The position numbers and the translations under genes were made by a program. Positions 52,901 through 64,000 of a DNA stretch of 64,000 nt are shown here, piece by piece. The stretch's first letter is position 1. Each line of letters begins with the position of its first letter. The DNA comes from Azolla caroliniana (taxonomy: Eukaryota; Plantae; Polypodiophyta), in assembly GCA_043228905.1 (NCBI GenBank), contig JBHGNT010000010.1, forward strand, positions 8,804,001-8,868,000, written 5' to 3'. The notes beneath the pieces were generated by a model. It made no database searches, was not told where the DNA came from, and worked only from the letters and a program-made list of their open reading frames with translations.

Positions 52901-53373
52901 GGAGCGGTAGTGACCGTGATGCCGAATCAGATGAAGAATTCGATTTTGGGTTGGTTGAAGAAGCCGAAGGAGTAAGCAAGGGTCATAACCATAGGGAAGA
53001 GCTGAACACAGCCGAACAAGGGGTAGACAAGGCTGCGACCAAGATGTGATCTAATGTTGTCAAGGGCCTAAAGACAGAAGAAGAATTGGAGACAACCAAT
53101 TCAGATGTAAGCGGAAATGAATTGGGAGTGACTGATTCAATCAAAATATTCGATTTGGACATTACAAATCGACTAAGAGTCAAGTGAAAGAGGCGCCAAT
53201 ACCGCGACAACAAGGGAGCTAATAAGGGCCACATGACCAGACAAGCCGATCGAAAGGGTCGAGGCGCGTGGAATCACACGGGTCGAAGAGTGCGAGCGAG
53301 GCGTGAAGCCAGGAGAAGCCGGAGCGAAGATCCGGAGGAGCACGCAGAACCTCAAGTTGAGCTTGAGGGGGAG

Positions 53374-53796
53374 TGTTGAGATACAAGCTCAACAATGGGT
53401 GTGTAAACGGGTGCGTAACCTAGTGCGTAGATTGGGTGCGTAAAACCGTACGCACAACATGGCTGTAACGATGCATAAACCGAGAGGTCGTAAGAATGTT
53501 ATTCCTCGTAAGGAATAATTTTGGGAGTAAGTGTAGGATGCTCATTTATCTGCGGTCAAGTATTGACAGTACTTGTGTTAGCCCAATAGTTAGGGCTTGT
53601 ATAAAAGGTGCTCACTGAACATGAAGTATGTACAGAGAACATACAGAGAATTATTTTTGAATATAGTCTTCTTTGTGCTCTCTCTCTATCTCTCCTTCTC
53701 CTTCTCTGTGATTTCTACGTTTTACCAAACTGTCATACTTCCAAACTTTGTACTTTGTGTCTTTCGCATACGCTTCCGCACATGTATTCTTTTACA
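53374..53796 (+). repeat. LTR of Copia A1 (3')
   Basis: Preceded by PPT ttgagggggag; matches 17582-18005. Confidence 0.88.
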
Positions 53797-53979
53797 TAGA
53801 TTTTTGATGTACCCAACCGCCTTGATTGATACACAAGAAAAAACGTTATTATATCAGTTAACTCTAAAAAACAAAGAGGTGTGTTCACATTACCAAAGGA
53901 GGTGTCCTGTCAAGGTGAACAATGTGTTCACATGTATGATTAATTACCTAATTTGTGAACTACGGGCGTTTACACCTAA

Positions 53980-55590
53980 CAACCTCCCACTTAAAAGGTC
54001 TGATGTGAACATTCGAGTAACTCCCACTAACTATATGCAATGCTCATGTTGATCTTTGCCAAGAATTTTAGTGAGAATATCTGTAGGATTATCCTATGTT
54101 TTGATCTTGGTCAGTATGACTAGACCATCCTCTAAAACTTGTCTGATAAAGTGATGTTGCACATCAACGTGTTTGGTGCGTGAATGAAACATGGCATTCT
54201 TAGCCAGACACACAACACTCTGGCTATCACATCCTAACATAGGAGTATTAACAGACATGTCAAGATCTTTAGCAAGTCTGTTGAGCCATATAGCTTCCTT
54301 TTAAGCTTCTATAGCTGAAATATATTCAGCTTCAGTAGTACTCAGTGCTACAATCTTTTGCAATTTGAAGCACCAAAACATTGCTCCACCAACAACTATA
54401 AATATATACTTGCTAGTAGGCTAGCATGTATCCAAGTAATCTGCCATGTCTGCATCACAATATCCCTGCAAACTTAATGCACCCTTCCCATAGCATAAAC
54501 ATTTCCTCTGTGTACCTTTAAGATACCTAGGAACACAATTGACAGCCTCCCAATGTGCTTTGTCGGGAATAGACATATAGCGACTAACAACTCCCACTGC
54601 ATAAGCAATATTTGGACGAATAACTATCATAGCATACATTAGAGAACCACATGTTGATGCATAAGGAATTCCCTTCATAGCATTGACTTCCATCACATCC
54701 TTTGGAAAATCAACCTTGCTAAGTTTAAGATATGAAGAAAAAGGAACTCCAAGGAACTTTGCTTTTGCCATATTAAATATGTTAAGCACTTTTTCAATGT
54801 AATTTTCTTGTGACAAAAACAACAATTCGTCCTTTCTGTTTCTACTTATTCTCATGTGCAAAATATGCTCTGCATTTCCCAAATCTTTCATAGAGAAGAC
54901 TGATTTCAGTTGATCTTTTAGAGCATCAAGACTAGTCTTTCTTTTCGTAGCTAGAAACATATCATCCACATATAGAACAAGTATGATGGGACTGTCATCG
55001 ATATCCTTTTCCGTGTATAAACAATGATCTGCATAGCTACAATCAAAACCTTGAGAAAGCATAAAAGTATCAAACTTCTTATACCACTGTCGTGGTGCTT
55101 GTTTTAGGCCATACAAGCTACGTTTTAGTTTGCATACCAAATGCTCCTTGTTAGGGACTACAAAACCCTCAATTGTTTCATGTAGATCTCTTCATCAATA
55201 TCACCATGCAAAAAAGTGGTCTTTACATCCATTTGGTACAACTCCAGATTAAGCATTGTAGTGAGAGCAAAGAGCACATGAAGTGTGTTCATCTTCACAA
55301 CATGAGAGAAGACCTCTTGGAAATCAATACCTTACTTCTGTGCATAACCCTTGGCAACTAATCTTGCCTTGTATTTTGGTTTCCCTTCAATTTTCTTTAC
55401 TTTATAAACCCATTTATTCAGAAGATTTTTCCTTCATTCAGGTAAGGACACACGATCCCAAGTATCATTTGCATACAAAGCTTTTATTCTTCTTGCATTG
55501 CAAGCTCCCACTTATTGCTAAGTTCACAAGACATTGCCTCCTTATAAGTAAGAGGTTCACCCTCATCTAACAGCATGACATAATGCTAAG
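53980..55590 (-). mobile_element. Copia (Tnt1/Tork-like) RT-RNase H fragment
   Basis: LKRSLYGLKQAPRQWYKKFD, LYVDDM, MKDLG, GYCDAD, ALSTTEAEY and FHSRTKHVDV motifs; PPT-like purine run near 53980-53992. Confidence 0.85.
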
Positions 55591-55858
55591 AGGGGTCATA
55601 TCTATATACATGCCTTCTTACATGATTAAACCTATGTACCCAATGATCATGTTGGGAAATCAGTCTCTCCGGATGGAATCCAGTGATGAATAAGGAAGAC
55701 CCTGTGAGAACCGGAAGAGATCCGGAAACTAGAGAAGAGCCGGTAAGAACTGGAAGAGAGACATATCTGTAAATATGTTTCTTGAGTAAGCGTATTGAGG
55801 CTATATTTCTAAATAGCCCTAAGTTCATATTAGTATAAATATGACTTAGGGCAATCAC

Positions 55859-56730
55859 ATGGAAGGAGGTGTGAGTGGTTTCCTAGGTATGATAGTTCTC
55901 AACTCACAAAACTATGTAGACTGGAAGATCAAGATGGAAGATCTTCTCATAGTTAAAGACCTGTACGAGCCAATCGACAGAGCAGAAATACCCAGGGGGG
56001 TATTGGAGTCGGACTGGAAGCTTTTGAATAGAAAGGCGGTGGCCACTATCTGACAATGCGTCGATGTAAGTGTCCTTCAGCATGTGGCGAACGACACAAA
56101 TGCTCACGAGATGTGGTAGAAGTTGTCGGGTCTGTATGAGAGGAAGAACACGCTCAATAAAACCTTGTTAATGAGAAAAATCGTACGGCTGAAATACATA
56201 GACGGTGAGAGCATTGTTGACACATCAACACGTTCATGGGGTATGCAAATCAACTTCTTGCAACCAAGTTTCCCTTGGATGATGCAATGCAGGCCATCCT
56301 ACTAATGTGCACACTGCCGGACAGCTAGGAGAACCTAGTAGTTACTCTCAACACCTCCTTTCAAGAAGAGAACTTGTCTTTAGAGACGGTGAAGACAAGC
56401 ATCCTAAATGAGGAGGCAAGGAGGAAAGACAAAGGAGTCATGTCCCAATCGGAGTCGAATCTAACTCAACATATGGACAGAGGAAGAGACAGGCGAAGAA
56501 GTCTGTAACAAACGGACAAGTCCCACGCCAGATCAAAGTCCAGAGGTAAGCCCGTGTGCTTTTATTGTGGAAAGCCTGGACACTTCCAGAAGGACTGTTG
56601 ACACTTAAAGAAAGATAAGAGTGTCGGAAATAATGTCAAACCCAGGAAAATTCATGATGAGAAGAACACTTCGGCCATTGCTACAAGCAATGAAGAATTG
56701 TTGTTTATTTGTGAACAGATAAGTGCAAAT
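55859..56730 (+). mobile_element. Copia gag fragment
   Basis: NYVDWKIKMEDLLIVKDLY...LNRKAVATI and zinc knuckle CFYCGKPGHFQKDC; many stops. Confidence 0.8.
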
Positions 56731-56737
56731 CCCAATT

Positions 56738-59546
56738 CTAAATGTATGCTTTGTTTAGACAATATCTCCAATTTCCTTGCACACAATGGAAGCAAAAACA
56801 AGTCAATTCTCTAACCGCAATACAATGACCATCCAACCTGGAATAATCGCGAACAGCATGTAGAGATCGCAATTCGGGAATTCCTTGGCACTCCCAGGTC
56901 TTCTCCCTATTTACTTCATCTATCTTCACTTCCCAAAATTCACGTTTGATATCTCGGACTTGCGAGGAATAAACACCTGTTGCACTCATTGACATATTTG
57001 TTCTTAAAAATTCAACTACATGTGATGCACAATTCATGTGCACACCATCTGTCTTTAGTTGTTCATGGGTAAGTGCCCGCTTTATAACAGCCCCTACACC
57101 ATCATGTTCACCTTTACCATGGCCAGACCCAAAAAAAATTCATCTCATCTCCAAACCTGTTATAGCAGGATACCTCCCCACAAAATAAAATGGACGTCGA
57201 GCCTTGATTTGTGACGCAGCTCCGTCAGACCAGACCCAATGTTGAGTAAGCTCCAAACGTTGAGCTAATAACCACTGCCAATGTAACTTAAAACATTGTT
57301 GGACGAACAAGGTATCATGCTTCTTATCATCAGAAATAAAGAAATGAATTACTTTTTTAACATCACCTGAAACTCGAAAATATGTTATGTGCACAAAAAT
57401 GGTTACCTGAACTTAACACCAATGCATAGATTGAATTTCATTCTGCTGCTTGAAAGTATAATTCTCTGCGAAATCTACTACTAAGAGTACTACATCATTT
57501 GGGAAATCAGATATGCAAGTCTTAAACTGATAGGCCTGCCATGAATAAATGAAGTTGTGTTTAATGAACTTTCCTAGAGATACTACAAACAGAGACACCA
57601 AATCCCTTGGTTTAAGTATCTTCCGAACTAGATCCTTTCTTTTACACACCTTTCCTTCGAAATTGGTGTTCACTGACTCAAATAACTTCACAGAGATCAA
57701 TATTTCACTACTCAATTCATTTGGACTCCACCTAAATCTAGTAGGGCCACAATCTAGACATAAACCCATGACACATTTATGATTATGGAAGATAGCGTCA
57801 GTTTCTCTCGGACACAATATTTAATCTAATAAATAACTCATGGAAGAGATAACATGCTCAGATGATTTACACTCCTCTTGCGGGCTTGATCGATAGATTG
57901 GGCACCCACATGTGCAAACTGTATTAGTTAGGGATGTGCTATAGTGACGTAGTAGATTAATAGAGTCCTTCAGAAAACCCATCTGTACATGGTAAATGCA
58001 ACAACATGTGTATCGATCCTTTAAGCGTCTCACAAAGTGTGGCTTAAGAGACTCGAATGTTCGTAGTTGAACTTTGATATTTGGATGCATTTGTTTGAAC
58101 CTAATAAATAAATCGACCTGCGTAATAAAGGGGAATTAGTTATTCTCGTAACTAGCTAACTATCCTAATAGCTAATTAGTTGTTCTAGTAGCTAATTAGT
58201 TGTTCTAGTAGCTAATTAGTTGTTCTAGTAGCTAATTAGTTGTTCTAGTAGCTAGTTAGCTACTCTAGTAGCTAGTTAGCTACTCTAGTAGCTAGTTAGC
58301 TACTCTAGTAGCTAGTTAGCTACTCTAGTAGCTAGTTAGCTACTCTAGTAGCTAGTTAGCTATCATGGTAGCTAATTAGCTATTCTAGTAGCTAATTAGC
58401 TATCATGGTGGCTAATTAGTTGTCCTAGTAGCTAATTAGCTAGTAATAATGAAATTAGCTATCCTAGTAGCTAATTAGCTGTCCTAGTAGCTAATTAGCT
58501 ATCCTAGTAGCTAATTAGCTATCATGGTATCATAGTAGCTGTCCTAGTAGCTAATTAGCTATCATGGTATCATAGTAGCTGTCCTAGTACCTAATTAGCT
58601 ATCATGGTAGCTAATTAGCTTTCCTAGTAGCTAATTAGCTGGTAATAACTAGAGCAGCTAACTATCATAGTAGCTAATTAGCTATCATGGTAGCTAATTA
58701 CCTATTCTAATAGCTAATTAGCTAATTACCTATTTTAATTACCTAATTACCTATTCCGTGTAGAGTCAAAACAAATGTTGAGATAAATGTAAATACCTGA
58801 GGTACATCAAGAAGAAGAATGGGATGCTCCTCGTATTGATTTCTTCCAACACGTTTCCTGCATAAATCCTTTTTATTGGGTGAAACCCTACTCTCATTAG
58901 TCCAAAACATTGTGATTACATCCTTGATTTCAAATGTTATGGGTGTCATTGGCTTACATCTTGTAGTTAGCTTTAGTAGACTAGTTCCTTCACCCGAGGA
59001 AATTATACGGTTCATTGTATTGTACACTGTTTTTCTACTAACACCAATTACCTTAGATAGCTCACTGATGTTTATATCGTCAACATCACTATTAAGTAAC
59101 ATCATTAGACTAGACCTTTTTAAGACAAGATCATCTTCTGACCTGCTCATGGATACAAAACTATTATGAAGATTATTTACTAAAATAGATGATATGTTTG
59201 CATTAAGACCATCACAATCAACTAAGTCCTTTATCGATGGATCATTTAATATTCCATAAAGTACTACCTTCTTTTCTTCATTGCTGATGTGCTTGGTTTG
59301 AACATTGAAATAGTCTACAACCTTTCTCTCTATGATGGTAGTCGCAATACTTACATTCTCAACTAAACTATCCTTACCTTTACTGAGTGTGGCTTTCGTA
59401 TCCTTCAACAATTGACGATGTTTCCTTTTTTTCTCTGCCCAATAGTTTTGTATGGCTTGTTTTGTCCTGATAGCATCATCCCTATCCTTATGATCATTGA
59501 GGGGTAATTCTAAACACCCTTCTTCCCCTTCCATTTGGCTGGACAT
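56738..59546 (-). pseudogene. Degenerate Sola2-like DDE transposase. Exons ~59546-58797 and 58117-56738
   Basis: Splice LLDVPQ|VDLFIRF is GT-AG and in frame. Motifs FESLKP, TCCCIYH, VVDFAENY, EIQSMHW, WSDGAASQ and FFGSGHGKGEHDGVGAVIKR; several in-frame stops. Confidence 0.8.
58150..58750. repeat. ~20-bp tandem array with agctaattagct palindromic core, in the Sola2-like transposase intron
   Basis: Repeated units such as tagtagctaattagttgttc, tagtagctagttagctactc and tagtagctaattagctatcc. Confidence 0.92.
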
Positions 59547-59859
59547 ATTAAAACCCCAAATTTCCAGAAAAAAAAACAAGTATTTAAGATGGCTATGGGC
59601 AACAACAATACACAAAAATATTCCACAATACATAAGATTAGACACAACAATACACAAGATAATCAATAGACAGAAAAGTTATTGCAATCCAAGTCCGAAC
59701 AATAGAGGAGTTCACTCCGTTGGATCGAACAGTTGAGGAGGCGATCCAAGACCGACCAATGGCGACAATTGAGTGTAGAATGTTGTCGTTGGATGAGTGA
59801 ACTCCGTCAAATCGAAATGTGGAAGCAATCCAGGACTGGACAGTAGCAGCAACTAAGTG

Positions 59860-60205
59860 TAGAATGATGGCAATGGAGGAGAGAACCTCGTCAGATTGAA
59901 CAATTACTGATGATGCTTGGAACGCACAGAGAAGGCACCTGAGAGTAGAATGGCGACAGTGAAGTTGTTAACGCCGCCGGGTCGAAAAGTGGTAGCAATA
60001 CACGACCTTCACAGTAGCGGCCCCTGAGTGTAGAGTGGCACAAAGAAGAGAACCCCGTCAGATTGAACAGTTACCGATGATGCTTGGAATGCACAGTAGC
60101 GGCCCCTGAGTGTAGAGTGGCACAGAGAAGAGAACTCCGTCAGATTGAGCAGTTACCGATGATGCTTGGAACGCACAATAGCAGCCCCTAAGTGTAGAGT
60201 GGCGG
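59860..60205. repeat. Degenerate ~80-bp tandem repeats upstream of the Sola2-like transposase
   Basis: Recurring gtcagattga.cagttaccgatgatgcttggaa.gcac and gagtgtagagtggc. Confidence 0.7.
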
Positions 60206-60539
60206 CAGGTGGACTCGATAGGGTTTAGCAACAGTGGTAGCAACTAATCCACAATACTCAACTAGAGATGGCCTACGTGATGTGGCAAAGTATCATGCAT
60301 AATGGACCTAGGAATTCGATATATAATTTATGGTACACATTTATGGTGCACATATCAATTTATGTTGCACATTTATGGTGCTCATTTACATATGTAATTA
60401 AAACACTCTAGTATTTTCAATGGTAGTTTTTTGCATAGTTAATTTATTAATGATGGATTTTTGCTAAAATGACTATTTATCAATGGTAGCTTTTTGCATA
60501 GCTAATTAGCTATGTCAAGGACATAACTAATTGTTTCCA

Positions 60540-62318
60540 CTCTCATGCTTTCACCCATACATATGATCCAACTACCTCAACTAGTTTATGAGAGAGGGTT
60601 AGGTGACATTGACTCCTAACTCGGGACGATGTATGAAAGATAAGGACTTTAGTTTTCGCTAGATTCACTACCAATCCTCATTTTGTACAAAAGTCATCTA
60701 GGGCATTAAGATGCTTTTGTAGGTCATTTTCTGACTCTGAGAGCAAGACAATGTCATCTGCATAGAGTAAGAGACTAACTTGTGTATCCCCAATAGCTAC
60801 TCCCTTGCCTCCCTTACGAGCAATAAAATCAGTGATCTCATCAATGTAGATCCCAAAAAGAGTCGGTGATAGGGGGCAATCCTGTTTTACACCAATGGTG
60901 CAAGTGAAACAATCGGATAGGCCACCTGGGCATCTTACACACCCAGAGACTTGCTCATATAGGGCATAAATGGCCCAAATCATGTCATTTGGTATCTCCA
61001 AGCTCTTAATTCTATCAAACAACTTCTCCCTAGGAACTGTGTCAAAGGCTTTGCGGAAGTCCACAAAGCAACAATATAGTTTCTTCTTACGAGCTTTCAT
61101 CTGGTCAATTAAGCACCTAAGTGTGAAAATATGGTCAATAGTGGAGAAGGCTCGTCTAAAGCCAGCCTGCTTAGGTGCTCAAAGACTTAATGTTTCCATA
61201 TAATCGCTAAGCTCCACTTTCATTACCGCACCATATAGTTTAGCGAGCGTATGGCCTATCATAATGGTCCTATATGTATTTGGGTCCATTGGGTGCCCTC
61301 CTTTATGTATAGGGGCCACTATGTTCATGGTCCATTGTGGTGGAAAACCCTTGGCGAGGGCGCGGTTGAGGATTAGAGTGAGAAAGGGGGCTAGGCACTC
61401 TCGAGCATATATGATGTGCTCGGCTTTCAATCTTGTGTGGTCCATGGATTTCCTATGTTGTAATTTTTTTATGACCTTCGTGACCCTAGATGTCGTGAAA
61501 AGTGTCCCCATGTTAGGTCGGGGTGTGGAAGGCATTGATATGAGTGGATGGTTCGTGACATGGTAGAGTCTCTTGATATATGTGTGCCAAATATTGGGAA
61601 GCCATTGGGGCCACCCGGAAGGAGTTAACCATGTGGGTAGCTTCAGGGCGTCCTATTAGGTAATCAACTGTGCTTTCCCCTCCTCCATGTGGGAAACATG
61701 TGAGCGCTTTCGAGCCCGACCACTTGGCTAAGCCATTATATATGATCATCTGGTGTCAGCTTCCAAGTTCAAGCAGATGATGGCCAAAGCTTGTGGCATC
61801 CACACCTTGATCCTTTGATGTACACATTATGTATAATTCTAAAGGGTCGACATTCACCATTTCGAGGTTTCTATCCATCTGAAATATTGTGCATTGTTGG
61901 GATTGGGTTCTCGCATTGAAATCTCCTACAAGACTTCCCCTTGACAAGAATATCGGATTATGTCATCCGATAAAGGTTCGTATGGAGAAAGCCCATGCGG
62001 CATTTCTTCATCAACTATACTCGCCCCTCCAACCATATTATACCGGGATCCTTTCGGGGGGAAGTAACACACGACGATAAATATCGCGTAGTCCTTGCTA
62101 GTGAGGACTTTCACCCACATAAAACGTGCTTCTGGGTCTTTCTTTAGTATTTCTATCCTATTATGTATCTCTCTCCGAAATAGTATCCCAACCCCTCCAA
62201 ACCCTCTAGTAGTATGTCAACGTGAGGTTTGTCTAAAGACAGATTCCCAACGAAAACCGTCAACTCGTGGCAGTCCTCGATTTGGGCTCTGATGTGTTTC
62301 TACTAAAAAAAGTATGTC
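60540..62318 (-). mobile_element. Degenerate non-LTR retrotransposon (RTE/RTEX-like) EN-RT fragment
   Basis: EN motifs LVETH, GGVGIL, VGDFNART and STVDYLI; RT motifs QAGFR, CFVDFRKAFDTVPR, GVKQ.CPLSPTLF and LLYADD. Confidence 0.85.
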
Positions 62319-63043
62319 AATAGAGGGCCAACCTTTCGGTTCGTAAATGCCGTTGAATACATTACGGTTGGCTACTTCGATGAATTAAAGAAACAAAGAA
62401 TCAATGAGCATTCTAATGAAATCGGAGGTTCAAATCTGTTGGTATATCCAACAGTGACACGAAAATTGTGACATGTCACCACGACAGAACGGGGACTTGT
62501 TAACCCATACCAAAAACCGCAACGACTTATGATGTGTTTGATCAAGATGTTTTTTGTAGAAGGAGATTGGATATTAGACCTCTTTTCTGGCACAGGTATT
62601 TATTCCTCGAGCTAGCTTAACGATCTTGAGATAACCAATACTGATTCTTTTTTGTTTGAAAACTAATTCTTCTTCTTGCTTTCTTCACAGGGACAACGTC
62701 TACATGTGCATTGAAGCTCTTCAGAAACACATTTGCATTGGAGAAGGACGAGGAGCAAGTTATATTTATAAACATGAGGATTAAGGCTTTGTGGGAGTGC
62801 CCAGATCAGGACAAGGAGGTCGGTGCAAAGAACCTCGTTGATACTGAAAGGTTTCAACCTACTTCGCGATAGCCTATTCCTCCGTTAGTCAGGGAACCGG
62901 GGGAGCAAATAGAGCTTGATGATGAGCTTATAGAAGATATTACGTTGGCTCGGCTAACAGGGGAAGACAATGCACGTATAGTCGAAGAGACTTCTATAAG
63001 AGATGAAGAAGAAAATGACATTGATGATTTCATTGTTATGTAA
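62319..63043 (+). pseudogene. Second, 5'-truncated copy of the methyltransferase gene (partial exon 5 ~62319-62595, exon 6 62691-63043)
   Basis: Homologous to 36990-37710: NPYQKP, DWILDLFSGTG|TTS and the same phase-1 intron; contains stops. Confidence 0.9.
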
Positions 63044-64000
63044 TAGACTCTTTTGTTGACGAAATGTATTGTTTGGAATTCACATTACTAATACAAATTT
63101 TGGGTTCTACTTGGTGTATTCCATTCTTTATATTCTTCTATATGTTTCAATTTTATTTCTATATACTTGGTTTGTTGACTTATGACATTGGTTTCACCAC
63201 GTGTATTGTTGACTACCAATATGGAGAAACATGAATTAGTTTACATTAAGGTTGACTACCAGTCCATATATTATGGATCTTTGTCTTCTATTGCTAAAAC
63301 TATTATGTTTCTCTTCCATTGCTGCTTAGATTGTGTAGTGTATTGATAATGGTTCCACTCGCGTTATCCGCATGTTTTTATACGCTTGTAGTTCCACTAG
63401 TGTTATCGTTCGGAGTTTGATCTCGTGTGAATCACCTAAGGATTAGATTAGATCAATTTTAAATACAAGTATTGAAAGCCTTAATAGGTTTGTTATTTCC
63501 ATCACATTATCCTAAAGTTCATTGTCTTACATTGTCCACAATTATATACATATGGTTTGATCCCATGCGAACAAATTAAGGAATGGATTAGATCAACTTT
63601 AAATACACGTATTAAATACCTTAATAAGTTTGTTATTCCAATCACATTATCCTAAAGTTCACTATACTACATTGTCCACAATTATATACATACGACAATG
63701 AGTCAAAGTATAAATTATAACTCATTTTATTAGTATGGTTACAAGTACACCTCATATTTTTATAAAACTTACCAAAATAATATAAGTCTTTAACTTAGTG
63801 TTTTCCATGTCTCACATTAGTGAGATATTGAGCCATTGTTGAACTTTATTATGCCTACATTAACTTATCAACACATCCAAACTTATTTGAATTTCTAATG
63901 TTCTCCACTCGGAGACCTATCATCTATTTTTATATTTGCAAATTCTAATCAAGTTGTGGAACATGTGATACTAGTGCATCCAATTTTTGTAGAGAGGGTA
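62319..64000 (+). mobile_element. 3' part of a second copy of the MTase-carrying transposon (runs off the window)
   Basis: Colinear with 36990-38690; the window ends at ...tttttgtagagagggt, about 70 bp before the expected right TIR. Confidence 0.88.

Larger units (their letters stand above)
17582..53796 (+). mobile_element. Copia element A1 (outermost of the nested stack)
   Basis: LTRs 17582-18005 and 53374-53796 (both tgttgagatacaagctc...tttaca); Met-tRNA-type PBS tggtatca at 18006. Gag is split at 18835/44181 and by the gypsy at 44360-49988; PR-INT-RT-RH at 50100-52870. No TSD, and the 5' LTR is preceded by a PPT. Confidence 0.85.

Overview
Repeat-dominated land-plant genomic DNA, probably a non-seed plant such as a fern (inferred from the Tcn1-like chromoviruses). 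There is one clear host gene, an intact 3-exon cinnamate 4-hydroxylase (CYP73A/C4H, 10357-12254, minus strand). The rest is transposable elements: two Tcn1-like chromoviral gypsy elements, two LINE fragments, several Copia fragments, and a five-level nested stack (Copia > Copia > Copia > Copia > DNA transposon) at 17582-53796. The standout feature is the innermost, youngest insertion, a 9,161-bp TIR DNA transposon (29598-38758; 27-bp perfect TIRs, likely TGAA TSD). It carries an intact 926-aa Sola-like DDE transposase. Divergently from it, it carries a 6-exon ~974-codon gene fusing a ParB/Srx-like domain to a prokaryote-type beta-class amino (N6-adenine/N4-cytosine) DNA methyltransferase (DIPY ... 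NPYQKP ... DLFSGTGTT). Intron 1 of this cargo gene holds a phased array of 25-bp perfect palindromes. A diverged second copy of the methyltransferase 3' half (62319-64000) keeps the last intron and shows synonymous changes in the SAM-binding motif. A separate degenerate Sola2-like transposase (56738-59546) also has a palindromic array inside its intron. All family assignments come from motif recognition by eye; no database searches were run.
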